Positions 1-11,316 of a stretch of 64,000 nucleotides of DNA are shown here, piece after piece. The translations under genes and the position numbers were made by a program. Origin of the DNA: Escherichia coli (GTDB lineage Bacteria > Pseudomonadota > Gammaproteobacteria > Enterobacterales > Enterobacteriaceae); NCBI RefSeq assembly GCF_024298765.1, contig NZ_CP101210.1; one strand, written 5' to 3'. The stretch's first letter is position 1. Every line of letters begins with the position of its first letter. The notes beneath the pieces are model-generated. The model saw only the letters and a list, made by a program, of their open reading frames with translations. It searched no databases and was not told where the DNA came from.

Positions 1-260
1 TCAATTATGAGGCTTTTAATTTAGGTACTGGTCAAGGTTATTCTGTTTTAGAGATTGTAAAAATGTTTGAGATAGTCACTAAAAAGAGTATACCTTTTGC
101 TATTTGTAATAGACGTGAGGGGGATGTTGCTGAGTCATGGGCGTCTGCTGATTTGGCACATGAAAAGCTTTCCTGGAAAGCGGAAAAAAAATTGAAAGAA
201 ATGATCGAAGATGTATGGCGTTGGCAAACAAAAAATCCAAATGGATATAAAAAATAATTT
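1..260 (+). CDS. UDP-sugar 4-epimerase (GalE/Gne-like), 3' partial; gene starts upstream of window
   Basis: C-terminal translation ...AESWASADLAHEKLSWKAEKKLKEMIEDVWRWQTKNPNGYKK closely parallels the C-terminus of the complete epimerase at 12838-13857; stop at 258-260. Confidence 0.7.
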
Positions 261-275
261 TTGGAATTTTGATAT

Positions 276-1292
276 ATGAAAAATGTTGGTTTTATTGTTA
301 CAAAATCAGAAATTGGTGGTGCACAAACATGGGTAAATGAAATATCTAACCTTATTAAAGAGGAATGTAATATATTTCTTATTACATCTGAAGAAGGATG
401 GCTCACACATAAAGATGTCTTTGCTGGAGTTTTTGTCATACCAGGTATTAAAAAATATTTTGACTTCCTTACATTGTTTAAATTGAGAAAAATTTTAAAA
501 GAAAATAATATTTCAACATTAATAGCAAGTTCTGCTAATGCCGGAGTTTATGCTAGGTTAGTTCGATTACTAGTCGACTTTAAATGTATTTATGTTTCGC
601 ATGGATGGTCTTGTTTATATAATGGTGGTCGACTAAAATCAATTTTTTGTATTGTGGAGAAATACCTTTCTTTATTAACTGATGTTATATGGTGTGTTTC
701 CAAAAGTGATGAAAAAAAAGCAATTGAGAAAATTGGTATAAAAGAAACAAAGATAATCACAGTATCGAATTCAGTGCCTCAGATGCCAAGATGTAATAAT
801 AAACCACTCCAGTATAAAGTTCTGTTTGTTGGTAGGTTAACACACCCTAAGCGCCCCGAATTGTTAGCGAATGTAATATCGAAAAAGCCCCAGTATAGCC
901 TCCATGTCGTAGGAGGGGGGGAAAGGTTAGAATCATTGAAGAAACAATTCAGTGAATGTGAAAATATTCATTTTATGGGTGAGGTCAATAATTTTTATAA
1001 CTATCATGAGTATGATTTATTTTCACTGATATCCGATAGTGAAGGTTTGCCTATGTCAGGCCTTGAGGCTCACACAGCTGCAATACCACTCCTTTTAAGT
1101 GATGTGGGCGGATGTTTTGAATTAATTGAGGGTAATGGGGTACTTGTGGAAAATACTGAAGACGACATTGGATATAAATTGGATAAAATATTCGATGACT
1201 ATGAAAATTATCGGGAACAGGCAATTCGTGCCTCCGGAAAATTTGTTATCGAGAACTATGCTTCAGCATATAAAAGCATTATTTTAGGTTGA
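276..1292 (+). CDS. glycosyltransferase, GT4-like (group 1)
   Basis: 338 aa; C-terminal EGLPMSGLEAHTAAIPLL...DVGG resembles the GT4 E-x7-E region; low GC typical of O-antigen genes. Confidence 0.65.
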   Translation: MKNVGFIVTKSEIGGAQTWVNEISNLIKEECNIFLITSEEGWLTHKDVFAGVFVIPGIKKYFDFLTLFKLRKILKENNISTLIASSANAGVYARLVRLLVDFKCIYVSHGWSCLYNGGRLKSIFCIVEKYLSLLTDVIWCVSKSDEKKAIEKIGIKETKIITVSNSVPQMPRCNNKPLQYKVLFVGRLTHPKRPELLANVISKKPQYSLHVVGGGERLESLKKQFSECENIHFMGEVNNFYNYHEYDLFSLISDSEGLPMSGLEAHTAAIPLLLSDVGGCFELIEGNGVLVENTEDDIGYKLDKIFDDYENYREQAIRASGKFVIENYASAYKSIILG

Positions 1293-1318
1293 GTATTTTT
1301 TAGAACAGGAAATGTAAA

Positions 1319-2440
1319 ATGGCTAAAGTCGCTCTCATTACTGGCATAACCGGACAAGACGGTTCTTACCTGGCAGAGTTTCTGCTGGAAAAAGGTTACG
1401 AGGTGCATGGTATTAAGCGTCGTGCATCGTCATTCAACACCGAGCGCGTGGATCACATTTATCAGGATCCGCACACCTGCAACCCGAAATTCCATCTGCA
1501 TTATGGCGACCTGAGTGATACCTCCAACCTGACGCGCATTTTGTGTGAAGTGCAGCCGGATGAAGTGTACAACCTTGGCGCAATGAGTCACGTTGCGGTC
1601 TCTTTTGAGTCACCGGAATATACCGCAGACGTTGATGCGATGGGTACGCTGCGCCTGCTCGAGGCGATCCGCTTCCTCGGTCTGGAAAAGAAAACCCGTT
1701 TCTATCAGGCTTCCACTTCTGAACTGTACGGTCTGGTGCAGGAGATTCCGCAGAAAGAGACCACGCCGTTCTACCCACGCTCTCCGTATGCAGTCGCCAA
1801 ACTGTACGCCTACTGGATCACCGTTAACTACCGCGAATCCTACGGCATGTACGCCTGTAACGGTATTCTCTTTAACCATGAATCCCCGCGCCGCGGCGAA
1901 ACCTTCGTTACCCGCAAAATCACCCGCGCAATCGCCAACATCGCACAGGGGCTGGAGTCGTGCCTGTACCTCGGCAATATGGATTCCCTGCGTGACTGGG
2001 GCCACGCCAAAGACTACGTAAAAATGCAGTGGATGATGCTGCAACAGGAACAGCCGGAAGATTTCGTCATCGCTACCGGCGTTCAGTATTCCGTGCGTCA
2101 GTTCGTGGAAATGGCGGCAGAGCGAGTCGGAATCAAACTGCGTTTTGAAGGCGCAGGTGTAGATGAGAAAGGGATAGTGGTTTCTGTTAATGGTGAGGAT
2201 GCTCCAGCAGTTAAACCTGGAGATGTAATCGTTAAGGTTGACCCGCGTTACTTCCGTCCGGCTGAAGTTGAAACACTGCTCGGCGACCCGACCAAAGCGC
2301 ACGAAAAACTGGGCTGGAAACCGGAAATCACCCTCAGAGAGATGGTGTCTGAAATGGTGGCTAATGACCTCGAAGCGGCGAAAAAACACTCTCTGCTGAA
2401 ATCTCACGGCTACGACGTGGCGATCGCGCTGGAGTCATAA
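1319..2440 (+). CDS. gmd: GDP-mannose 4,6-dehydratase
   Basis: 373 aa; N-terminal Rossmann motif [25 protein letters not shown]; conserved short-chain dehydratase core; high GC. Confidence 0.95.
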   Translation: MAKVALITGITGQDGSYLAEFLLEKGYEVHGIKRRASSFNTERVDHIYQDPHTCNPKFHLHYGDLSDTSNLTRILCEVQPDEVYNLGAMSHVAVSFESPEYTADVDAMGTLRLLEAIRFLGLEKKTRFYQASTSELYGLVQEIPQKETTPFYPRSPYAVAKLYAYWITVNYRESYGMYACNGILFNHESPRRGETFVTRKITRAIANIAQGLESCLYLGNMDSLRDWGHAKDYVKMQWMMLQQEQPEDFVIATGVQYSVRQFVEMAAERVGIKLRFEGAGVDEKGIVVSVNGEDAPAVKPGDVIVKVDPRYFRPAEVETLLGDPTKAHEKLGWKPEITLREMVSEMVANDLEAAKKHSLLKSHGYDVAIALES

Positions 2441-2442
2441 GC

Positions 2443-3408
2443 ATGAGTAAACAACGCATTTTTATCGCTGGCCATCGTGGGATGGTCGGTTCTGCCATCA
2501 GGCGGCAGCTCAAACAGCGCGGTGATGTGGAACTGGTATTACGCACCCGCGACGAGCTGAACCTGCTGGACAGCCGCGCGGTGCATGATTTCTTTGCCAG
2601 CGAACGCATTGACCAGGTCTATCTGGCGGCGGCGAAAGTGGGCGGCATTGTTGCCAACAACACCTATCCGGCGGATTTCATCTACCAGAACATGATGATT
2701 GAGAGCAACATCATTCACGCCGCGCATCAGAACGACGTGAACAAACTGCTGTTTCTCGGATCGTCCTGTATCTACCCGAAACTGGCAAAACAGCCGATGG
2801 CAGAAAGCGAGTTATTGCAGGGCACGCTGGAGCCGACCAACGAGCCTTACGCCATTGCCAAAATCGCCGGGATCAAACTGTGCGAATCTTACAACCGCCA
2901 GTATGGACGCGATTACCGCTCAGTCATGCCGACCAACCTGTACGGGCCGCACGACAACTTCCACCCGAGTAACTCGCACGTGATCCCTGCATTGCTGCGT
3001 CGCTTCCACGAGGCGACGGCACAGAATGCGCCGGACGTGGTGGTGTGGGGCAGCGGTACACCGATGCGCGAATTTCTGCACGTTGATGATATGGCAGCGG
3101 CGAGCATTCATGTGATGGAGCTGGCGCACGAAGTCTGGCAGGAGAACACCCGGCCGATGCTGTCGCACATTAACGTCGGCACGGGCGTTGACTGCACTAT
3201 CCGTGAGCTGGCGCAAACCATCGCCAAAGTGGTGGGTTACAAAGGTCGGGTGGTTTTTGATGCCAGCAAACCGGATGGTACGCCGCGCAAACTGCTGGAT
3301 GTGACGCGCCTGCATCAGCTTGGCTGGTATCACGAAATCTCACTGGAAGCGGGGCTTGCCAGCACTTACCTGTGGTTCCTTGAGAATCAAGACCGCTTTC
3401 GGGGGTAA
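2443..3408 (+). CDS. fcl: GDP-L-fucose synthase (GDP-4-keto-6-deoxymannose epimerase/reductase)
   Basis: 321 aa; [17 protein letters not shown](P)-binding motif; immediately downstream of gmd. Confidence 0.95.
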   Translation: MSKQRIFIAGHRGMVGSAIRRQLKQRGDVELVLRTRDELNLLDSRAVHDFFASERIDQVYLAAAKVGGIVANNTYPADFIYQNMMIESNIIHAAHQNDVNKLLFLGSSCIYPKLAKQPMAESELLQGTLEPTNEPYAIAKIAGIKLCESYNRQYGRDYRSVMPTNLYGPHDNFHPSNSHVIPALLRRFHEATAQNAPDVVVWGSGTPMREFLHVDDMAAASIHVMELAHEVWQENTRPMLSHINVGTGVDCTIRELAQTIAKVVGYKGRVVFDASKPDGTPRKLLDVTRLHQLGWYHEISLEAGLASTYLWFLENQDRFRG

Positions 3409-3911
3409 TGATGTTTTTACGTCAGGAAGACTTTGCCACGGTAGTGCGCTCCACCCCGCTTGTCTCCCTCGACTTTATTGTTGAGAACAGTCGCGGCGAG
3501 TTTCTGCTTGGCAAAAGAACCAACCGCCCGGCGCAGGGTTACTGGTTTGTGCCGGGAGGGCGCGTGCAGAAAGACGAAACGCTGGAAGCCGCATTTGAGC
3601 GGCTGACGCTTGCGGAACTGGGGTTGCGTCTGCCGATAACAGCAGGCCAGTTTTACGGTGTCTGGCAGCACTTTTATGACGATAACTTCTCCGGCTCGGA
3701 TTTCACCACTCACTATGTGGTGCTCGGTTTTCGCATCAGAGTAGCGGAAGAAAAGCTGTTACTGCCGGATGAGCAGCATGACGATTACCGCTGGCTGACG
3801 CCGGACGCGTTGCTCGCCAGTGACAATGTTCACGCTAACAGCCGAGCTTATTTTAATCATGATCCAAGAGCTGTTATTGGTTTAGATAAAAAGGATGTCA
3901 AAAATGTCTGA
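3408..3911 (+). CDS. gmm: GDP-mannose mannosyl hydrolase (Nudix)
   Basis: 167-aa ORF (probable start at second Met, 3411); position after fcl matches the gmd-fcl-gmm order. Confidence 0.85.
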   Translation: MMFLRQEDFATVVRSTPLVSLDFIVENSRGEFLLGKRTNRPAQGYWFVPGGRVQKDETLEAAFERLTLAELGLRLPITAGQFYGVWQHFYDDNFSGSDFTTHYVVLGFRIRVAEEKLLLPDEQHDDYRWLTPDALLASDNVHANSRAYFNHDPRAVIGLDKKDVKNV

Positions 3912-5352
3912 TGTACCGTTGATTGCTGTTGTAATGGCTGGTGGTACGGGTAGCCGTCTTTGGCCCCTCTCAAGAGAGCACTATCCGAAGCAATTTCTGC
4001 AATTATCAGGTGAGAATACTTTATTACAGTCAACCTTATTACGACTATCCCCGCTTTCTTGCGAAACTCCATTAGTAATAACAAATGAGCAACATCGCTT
4101 TGTGGTTGCAGAACAATTACGTCAAATTGATCAGTTAAGAGATAATATTATTCTTGAGCCATGTGGAAGAAATACGGCTCCCGCCATAGCTCTTTCAGCA
4201 TTTACAGCTTTGAAGCGTAATGAACAACAGGATCCTATTTTGTTGATTCTCGCAGCTGACCATATTATAAGCAAAGCGGATGTTTTTTGTGACGCTATTC
4301 AAAAATCGAAAACTGTAGCTGAACAGGGGAATATTGTAACCTTTGGGATTATACCTGAATATGCGGAAACAGGTTATGGTTATATAAAAAAAGGAGATCC
4401 TTTTAAAATTTTACCAAATATTACTGATGATAAGTTTTATCATGTCCAACAATTTATTGAAAAACCTAACCATTCGACGGCAGAAGAGTATGTTTCCACA
4501 GGAGAATATCTCTGGAATAGTGGAATGTTTATGTTTAAAGCATCAGTATATTTAGAGGAATTGAAAAAGCACAGGCCTGATATATACGAAATCTGTGAGC
4601 AGACAGCTTCATTATCCTATAACGATCTTGATTTCATACGATTGCCTAAACATATTTTCCAAGATTGTCCGTCGGAATCAATTGATTTTGCGGTTATGGA
4701 AAAAACAAAAAATTGCATTGTTCGTCCAGTAGACATCGGGTGGAGTGATGTAGGCTCTTGGCATTCTTTGTGGGATATTAGTGATAAAACGCAGGATGGA
4801 GATGTCTGTAAAGGTGATATTCTAACTTATAACACTAAAAACAATTATATATATTGTGAATCAGCCCTAGTGGCTGCTGTAGGTGTAGAAGATATAGTTA
4901 TTGTTCAAACAAAAGATGCTATTCTCGTGTCCAAAAAAACTGAGGTTCAGGATGTAAAAAAAATAGTAGAAATGCTTAAGGAACATGAGCGCTCAGAGTA
5001 TATATCGCATCGAGAGGAGTTTCGGCCTTGGGGAAAATTTGATGCGATAGATCAGGGAGAACGATATAAAGTTAAAAAGATAGTTGTGAAACCCGGCGAA
5101 GGACTATCCTTACGAATGCACCATCATCGTTCTGAGCATTGGATTGTTCTTTCCGGCACAGCAAAAGTAACTTTAAACGATAAAACAGTATTGCTTGCTG
5201 CAAATGAATCAATCTACATTCCTCTAGGAGCAACGTATAGTCTTGAAAATCCAGGAATAATCCCTCTGAATCTTATTGAGGTTAGTTCAGGCGATTATTT
5301 AGGTGAGGATGATATTGTACGGCAAAAAGAACGCTACAGAATAGATGACTAA
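3895..5352 (+). CDS. manC: mannose-1-phosphate guanylyltransferase
   Basis: 485-aa ORF; N-terminal [17 protein letters not shown] nucleotidyltransferase motif; C-terminal cupin-like region; exact start uncertain (3895 or 3904). Confidence 0.9.
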   Translation: MSKMSDVPLIAVVMAGGTGSRLWPLSREHYPKQFLQLSGENTLLQSTLLRLSPLSCETPLVITNEQHRFVVAEQLRQIDQLRDNIILEPCGRNTAPAIALSAFTALKRNEQQDPILLILAADHIISKADVFCDAIQKSKTVAEQGNIVTFGIIPEYAETGYGYIKKGDPFKILPNITDDKFYHVQQFIEKPNHSTAEEYVSTGEYLWNSGMFMFKASVYLEELKKHRPDIYEICEQTASLSYNDLDFIRLPKHIFQDCPSESIDFAVMEKTKNCIVRPVDIGWSDVGSWHSLWDISDKTQDGDVCKGDILTYNTKNNYIYCESALVAAVGVEDIVIVQTKDAILVSKKTEVQDVKKIVEMLKEHERSEYISHREEFRPWGKFDAIDQGERYKVKKIVVKPGEGLSLRMHHHRSEHWIVLSGTAKVTLNDKTVLLAANESIYIPLGATYSLENPGIIPLNLIEVSSGDYLGEDDIVRQKERYRIDD

Positions 5353-5355
5353 TAT

Positions 5356-6735
5356 ATGAAAAAATTAACCTGCTTTAAAGCCTATGATATTCGCGGGAAA
5401 TTAGGTGAAGAACTGAATGAAGATATCGCCTGGCGCATTGGTCGCGCCTATGGCGAATTTCTCAAACCGAAAACCATTGTGTTAGGCGGTGATGTCCGCC
5501 TCACCAGCGAAACCTTAAAACTGGCGCTGGCAAAAGGTTTGCAGGATGCGGGCGTCGATGTGCTGGATATTGGTATGTCCGGCACCGAAGAGATCTATTT
5601 CGCCACGTTCCATCTCGGCGTGGATGGCGGCATTGAAGTTACCGCCAGTCATAATCCGATGGATTACAACGGCATGAAACTGGTGCGCGAAGGGGCTCGC
5701 CCGATCAGCGGCGATACCGGACTGCGCGATGTCCAGCGTCTGGCAGAAGCCAACGACTTTCCTCCCGTTGATGAAACCAAACGCGGTCGCTATCAGCAAA
5801 TCAACCTGCGTGACGCTTACGTTGATCACCTGTTCGGTTATATCAGTGTCAAAAACCTTACGCCGCTCAAGCTGGTGATTAACTCCGGGAACGGCGCGGC
5901 GGGTCCGGTGGTGGACGCCATTGAAGCCCGCTTTAAAGCCCTCGGCGCACCGGTGGAATTAATCAAAGTACACAACACGCCGGACGGCAATTTCCCCAAC
6001 GGTATTCCTAACCCGTTGCTGCCGGAATGCCGCGACGACACCCGTCATGCGGTCATCAAACACGGCGCGGATATGGGCATTGCCTTTGATGGCGATTTTG
6101 ACCGCTGTTTCCTGTTTGACGAAAAAGGGCAGTTTATCGAGGGCTACTACATTGTCGGCTTGCTGGCACAAGCGTTCCTCGAAAAAAATCCCGGCGCGAA
6201 GATCATCCACGATCCACGTCTCTCCTGGAACACCGTTGATGTGGTGACTGCCGCAGGCGGCACCCCGGTAATGTCGAAAACCGGACACGCCTTTATTAAA
6301 GAACGGATGCGCAAGGAAGACGCCATCTACGGTGGCGAAATGAGCGCCCACCATTACTTCCGTGATTTTGCTTACTGCGACAGCGGCATGATCCCGTGGC
6401 TGCTGGTCGCCGAACTGGTGTGTCTGAAAGGAAAAACGCTGGGCGAACTGGTGCGCGACCGGATGGCAGCATTTCCGGCAAGCGGTGAGATCAACAGCAA
6501 ACTGGCGGACCCCGTTGAGGCGATTAACCGCGTGGAACAGCATTTTAGCCGTGAGGCGCTGGCGGTGGATCGCACCGATGGCATCAGTATGACCTTTGCC
6601 GACTGGCGCTTTAACCTGCGCTCCTCCAACACCGAACCGGTGGTGCGCCTGAATGTGGAATCGCGCGGTAATATAGCATTAATGAATGAACAGGTTGAAT
6701 TTATTACAAAATTTTTAAACGGTGATGGTTTATGA
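5356..6735 (+). CDS. manB: phosphomannomutase
   Basis: 459 aa; phosphohexomutase active-site region TASHNP; follows manC. Confidence 0.9.
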   Translation: MKKLTCFKAYDIRGKLGEELNEDIAWRIGRAYGEFLKPKTIVLGGDVRLTSETLKLALAKGLQDAGVDVLDIGMSGTEEIYFATFHLGVDGGIEVTASHNPMDYNGMKLVREGARPISGDTGLRDVQRLAEANDFPPVDETKRGRYQQINLRDAYVDHLFGYISVKNLTPLKLVINSGNGAAGPVVDAIEARFKALGAPVELIKVHNTPDGNFPNGIPNPLLPECRDDTRHAVIKHGADMGIAFDGDFDRCFLFDEKGQFIEGYYIVGLLAQAFLEKNPGAKIIHDPRLSWNTVDVVTAAGGTPVMSKTGHAFIKERMRKEDAIYGGEMSAHHYFRDFAYCDSGMIPWLLVAELVCLKGKTLGELVRDRMAAFPASGEINSKLADPVEAINRVEQHFSREALAVDRTDGISMTFADWRFNLRSSNTEPVVRLNVESRGNIALMNEQVEFITKFLNGDGL

Positions 6736-7289
6736 GAATATTAAAAATTATTATAAGTGTATTGTTGTTTATAAAAAAGAAAAGAAAAAAAATACCGGAC
6801 TCAGCAATAATAAACTTAACAAGTCATGTGGATAAACATTCAGTAATTGGAAAGTGTTGTTATATAGGGAAAAATGTATATATAACTAAAAGTATCATTG
6901 GGAATTACACATCTATTGCAAATAATGTCTCAATTGGTCAAGGTGAACATAAGGTTGATGCAGTTAGTACAAGTTCGATGTTCTACGATAATGAATTCGA
7001 AGATTTAACACAAAACGATTGTATTATAGGTAATGATGTGTGGCTCGGTACAGGAGTTACTGTATTACGAGGGGTAAGAATTGGTGATGGTGCTATTATT
7101 GGTGCTAATGCCGTTGTCACAAAAAATATTCCAGATTATTGTATTGCGGTAGGAGTACCTGCGAAAGTAATCAAAAGAAGATTACCAGTAAATGTTACTG
7201 AAAAAATAAAAGAGACTAAATGGTGGAATGATGAATATGAAGTGGCGAAGGATAAAATTATTTGCTTAACAAATGAATTAAAGTTATGA
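6732..7289 (+). CDS. hexapeptide-repeat acetyltransferase (putative O-acetyltransferase)
   Basis: 185 aa; left-handed beta-helix repeats [31 protein letters not shown]; start overlaps manB stop. Confidence 0.75.
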   Translation: MRILKIIISVLLFIKKKRKKIPDSAIINLTSHVDKHSVIGKCCYIGKNVYITKSIIGNYTSIANNVSIGQGEHKVDAVSTSSMFYDNEFEDLTQNDCIIGNDVWLGTGVTVLRGVRIGDGAIIGANAVVTKNIPDYCIAVGVPAKVIKRRLPVNVTEKIKETKWWNDEYEVAKDKIICLTNELKL

Positions 7290-8728
7290 ACAAAAAAGAA
7301 ATAATTATCTTGCTTATAGCCAGAATTCTACAGATTCTCATTAGTTTATTCACAATGAGATTGATGACAACGATTTTAAGCAATGAGCAAATGGGGGAGT
7401 ATTATATTTTTTTAGCAATCTATATGTTGGCATCATTGGGTATAATTAATCCAATAGGACAATATGTGAATCGCAACACTTATTTATGGTGGAGAGAGGG
7501 AGTACTAACCCAATATATTGATCGATATATTAATTTTGTTTTGTGTTTTTCGCTTATTTATGTGATTTTGTATGGACTTGGTGAATGTTTGTTTAAAGGA
7601 ATAAATACACCATTTTGGATGTTATTCTGTTATTTATATATAGTATGTTTATCTCTAAACCAATTTCTATTACATACTTTAAATATCTTAAATTTTAAGA
7701 TAGTATTTTCCATTATGACGTTGATGACTTCTGTATTAAGTTTATCAGGGGCATATTTATTTATTGAATATAGCATAGCTAAACAAACTGTTAGTATATA
7801 TTACTGGGTTGCAGGAATCATAATTGGCAATTTTATTTCTTTATGTATATGCGTTGTATATCTGAGATGTAGAAATACGTTCCAAAAATCAATTCCTAAA
7901 TCTATCAATGTAAGCATAAAAGAAGTTTTTAATTTTTGCTGTCCAATTATGATAACAACTTTGTTCATTTGGTTTCAAAGCTCTGGATATCGATTTGCTG
8001 TCGAGCAAATGTTTGGCTTAAAGTTTTTAGGTATACTAGCTGTATGTTTTGCTGTGTCAGGGCAAATAATGTCAGTGATTGAGTCTTTAGTGACACAGAT
8101 ATTTCAACCAACATTATTTAAGCATATGGATAATGTCAAAAATAGAAAGCAACATCTAGATTTTTATATTAATGAAAATATAGCAATTTATGCTAGTGTA
8201 TTATTTTTTTGTACTTTCTTTATGCGCGAAATATTTTTGGTTTTAGTTGACAATAAATATCTTCCTTACTTCTATATAGGTATAATAGCTTTATGGAGTG
8301 AATTTTTTAGGATATCAACCAATACTTTGTCTTTAGTGTTTTTTTGCGAAAAGAAAATGAAGGTGGGAATTTTTCCTTATTTAATTGGCTCATTAAGTCT
8401 GGCTTTTTCGATCGTCTTGTTCAGGTTGTTAAATGTAAATTTGGGTATTTTAATAGCTTTTGCTATTGGGATTGCACAATTGGCCTCCTTTATCGTTTGC
8501 TTAATTACGGTAAAAAAAATCTCTTATTTTAAAATAAATTCCATCTTCTTAATGAAGAGGATAATAATAGTACTACCTTCTGTGTTAATTGCCCATTGCA
8601 TTCCTAAATTTGAAATGATTAATGCTGTCCATTTTATTATCATTTTCGGTGTCGGTTTATTTTACTTAATCTCTTTAGTTACTTCTTTTATGTTTATTAA
8701 ACAACCAGGAGGTGTTTATGGAAGTTAA
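7286..8728 (+). CDS. wzx: O-unit flippase
   Basis: 480 aa, highly hydrophobic multi-span protein, very AT-rich; position in O-antigen cluster. Confidence 0.8.
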   Translation: MNKKEIIILLIARILQILISLFTMRLMTTILSNEQMGEYYIFLAIYMLASLGIINPIGQYVNRNTYLWWREGVLTQYIDRYINFVLCFSLIYVILYGLGECLFKGINTPFWMLFCYLYIVCLSLNQFLLHTLNILNFKIVFSIMTLMTSVLSLSGAYLFIEYSIAKQTVSIYYWVAGIIIGNFISLCICVVYLRCRNTFQKSIPKSINVSIKEVFNFCCPIMITTLFIWFQSSGYRFAVEQMFGLKFLGILAVCFAVSGQIMSVIESLVTQIFQPTLFKHMDNVKNRKQHLDFYINENIAIYASVLFFCTFFMREIFLVLVDNKYLPYFYIGIIALWSEFFRISTNTLSLVFFCEKKMKVGIFPYLIGSLSLAFSIVLFRLLNVNLGILIAFAIGIAQLASFIVCLITVKKISYFKINSIFLMKRIIIVLPSVLIAHCIPKFEMINAVHFIIIFGVGLFYLISLVTSFMFIKQPGGVYGS

Positions 8729-9569
8729 AATTATTGGGGGACTTGGCAATCAGATGTTTCAGTATGCAACTGCATTTGCTATTGCAAAAAGAACTCATCA
8801 AAATTTGACTGTTGATATATCTGATGCAGTAAAATATAAAACTCATCCATTAAGATTAGTTGAATTATCTTGTAGTTCAGAATTTGTAAAAAAAGCATGG
8901 CCATTTGAAAAATACTTATTTTCCGAAAAAATCCCACATTTCATGAAAAAAGAAATGTTCAGAAAGCATTACGTTGAGAAAAGTTTAGAGTATGATCCAG
9001 ATATTGATACTAAAAGTATAAATAAAAAAATCGTCGGTTATTTTCAAACTGAAAAATATTTTAAGGAATTTAGGCATGAGTTGATAAAGGAATTTCAACC
9101 TAAAACTAAGTTTAATAGTTATCAAAATGAATTGCTTAATTTAATTAAAGAAAATGATACTTGTTCATTGCATATTAGAAGAGGTGATTATGTTTCCAGT
9201 AAAATAGCAAATGAAACTCATGGTACATGTAGTGAAAAATATTTTGAACGTGCCATTGATTATTTGATGAATAAAGGTGTTATTAATAACAAAACCCTTC
9301 TCTTCATTTTTTCTGATGATATAAAGTGGTGCAGGGAAAATATATTTTTTAATAATCAAATATGTTTTGTTCAAGGTGATGCTTATCATGTTGAATTAGA
9401 TATGTTGCTTATGAGTAAATGTAAAAATAATATAATTTCAAATAGTTCTTTCAGTTGGTGGGCTGCTTGGTTAAATGAAAATAAAAATAAAACAGTAATT
9501 GCTCCGAGTAAATGGTTTAAGAAAGATATTAAACATGATATTATTCCCGAATCGTGGGTAAAATTATGA
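8712..9569 (+). CDS. alpha-1,2-fucosyltransferase (GT11 family)
   Basis: 285 aa; N-terminal IIGGLGNQMFQYATAFAIAKR and HIRRGDY motif characteristic of GT11 fucosyltransferases. Confidence 0.8.
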   Translation: MFMEVKIIGGLGNQMFQYATAFAIAKRTHQNLTVDISDAVKYKTHPLRLVELSCSSEFVKKAWPFEKYLFSEKIPHFMKKEMFRKHYVEKSLEYDPDIDTKSINKKIVGYFQTEKYFKEFRHELIKEFQPKTKFNSYQNELLNLIKENDTCSLHIRRGDYVSSKIANETHGTCSEKYFERAIDYLMNKGVINNKTLLFIFSDDIKWCRENIFFNNQICFVQGDAYHVELDMLLMSKCKNNIISNSSFSWWAAWLNENKNKTVIAPSKWFKKDIKHDIIPESWVKL

Positions 9570-10432
9570 TGGAAGATACAAAAGAATTAATAACAGTAAT
9601 AATGCCTGTTTATAATGCGGAAAAATACATATATGAATCTATAAAAAGTATTTTGGTGCAGTCATATTCTAATTTTGAGTTCATCATTATTAATGATGGC
9701 TCAAAAGATTCTTCTGGAAAAATTATTGAAAACTTTCTCGATGATACGAGGATACGATATATAAATCGTGAAAATAAAGGTTTGGTCTTCACTCTGAATG
9801 AAGCTATTTCGTTATCAAGAGGAAATTATATTGCTCGAATGGATGCTGATGATATTTCACATCCCCTACGATTAGAAAAGCAACTAAATTTTCTACTAGA
9901 AAATCCAGATATAGCCGTAGTTGGGTGTTCTTCTTTTATTATTGACCAAAATTCTAAGGTTATAAATACGCGAAAACCACCTTTGACACCTTTAGTAAAT
10001 AAAGCATTGCTATTTTTTGGCCCAACATTAACTCATCCATCAGTGATGTTTAATAAAATACTACTTGGAGATCAGCTTTACTACAGTGATAAATATCTTC
10101 ATGTTGAAGATTATGACTTGTGGTTGAGGTTAATTAATCAATACAAAATAGCTAATATCAAAGATGTTCTTTTTTACTATCGAATTAATGAGTCAGGTGT
10201 TTCACAGACTAATTTATTTGAACAAAAAATTAATGCTGCTAAAGCATATAGTGAAATTAAATATGATGGTAAGTATAAAGACTTACTGGAAAAGTTAGAA
10301 GTCATACACCTGAGACATGAAATGGAGAAAAGTAAGGTCTTTCAGGCCGTATTATATATATTATTAAAGTATGAACATGATTCATTATTATTTTTAAAAT
10401 TAGGATATATATTACGATGGTTAATAAAATAA
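9554..10432 (+). CDS. glycosyltransferase family 2
   Basis: 292 aa; ITVIMPVYNAEKYI...IIINDGSKD and ARMDADD (DxD) motifs. Confidence 0.8.
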   Translation: MGKIMMEDTKELITVIMPVYNAEKYIYESIKSILVQSYSNFEFIIINDGSKDSSGKIIENFLDDTRIRYINRENKGLVFTLNEAISLSRGNYIARMDADDISHPLRLEKQLNFLLENPDIAVVGCSSFIIDQNSKVINTRKPPLTPLVNKALLFFGPTLTHPSVMFNKILLGDQLYYSDKYLHVEDYDLWLRLINQYKIANIKDVLFYYRINESGVSQTNLFEQKINAAKAYSEIKYDGKYKDLLEKLEVIHLRHEMEKSKVFQAVLYILLKYEHDSLLFLKLGYILRWLIK

Positions 10433-11316
10433 AAATAGCACTAATAAGTACAGAAAAAGCTAATCTTCCTGAAATTGAAGCCTATAAGGAGTATTTTTCG
10501 GAGCCATTTGATGTCTCTGTTGTTAATAAAAATGATGATTTAAGTTGTTATGATGTTTTATGGTACTTTATGGGGTTTAAAGGTAATAAAATAAACTCTA
10601 AACAGTTCTTGATTCATGAGTTTTCCTCAATTTCAGTACCACCATTTCCAAAAATAAAAAACGTTATCAAGAAATTTATTTTGCCTAAACCTAATTTGAG
10701 GGTTTTTTTAAATAAATCAGTGCAACAACAATTCGATTTTAATGATAGAGTTCCTTTTTGTTACCGAGATATGGGCGTCAATTATAAACCAGTAGTTGAA
10801 AGAAATAATAAAAAATATGATATATTATATGTGGGGGCAATTACTGGTAGAAAACTAGATGATGCATTAAATTTGATTTTGTCATATAAATTAGATTGTA
10901 AAATCGCAATTCTTGGTAAAGTGCCAGAAAAGTTCAAAGAAAAATATAAAAATACTGATGTTATATTTCTTGGGCAAGTTCCTTATAATCGGGTAGCCAC
11001 CATTATTGCAGAATCTAACTTGTGTTTAAATTGGATTCCGAATATTTATCCATATAACATGCAGACATCAACAAAATTCTTAGAGTATCTGGCACAAAAT
11101 AAACAAATAATATCGAATAGCTACCCTTGGGTTGACTCTTATTGTCAACAGCATAATATTGACTATATTAATGTCAATGATTCCAATTCTATTCGACAAG
11201 CATTGAACTCAGTCATAATCCAAAAATCAACACATATCCCCCCAAGTTGGCGAGAGGTTATTATGAATAGCGGGATAGAGAATCACATTAAATCATATTT
11301 TGAGGTAACAAAATGA
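10417..11316 (+). CDS. putative glycosyltransferase
   Basis: 299 aa, low-GC ORF between GT2 gene and wzy, overlapping stop/start junctions; no strong motif identified. Confidence 0.45.
   Translation: MVNKIKIALISTEKANLPEIEAYKEYFSEPFDVSVVNKNDDLSCYDVLWYFMGFKGNKINSKQFLIHEFSSISVPPFPKIKNVIKKFILPKPNLRVFLNKSVQQQFDFNDRVPFCYRDMGVNYKPVVERNNKKYDILYVGAITGRKLDDALNLILSYKLDCKIAILGKVPEKFKEKYKNTDVIFLGQVPYNRVATIIAESNLCLNWIPNIYPYNMQTSTKFLEYLAQNKQIISNSYPWVDSYCQQHNIDYINVNDSNSIRQALNSVIIQKSTHIPPSWREVIMNSGIENHIKSYFEVTK

Noticed and set aside
1610-2407. 265-aa minus-strand ORF
   Set aside because: Antisense to gmd, which has clear conserved motifs; shadow ORF.
5959-6543. 194-aa minus-strand ORF
   Set aside because: Antisense to manB; shadow ORF.
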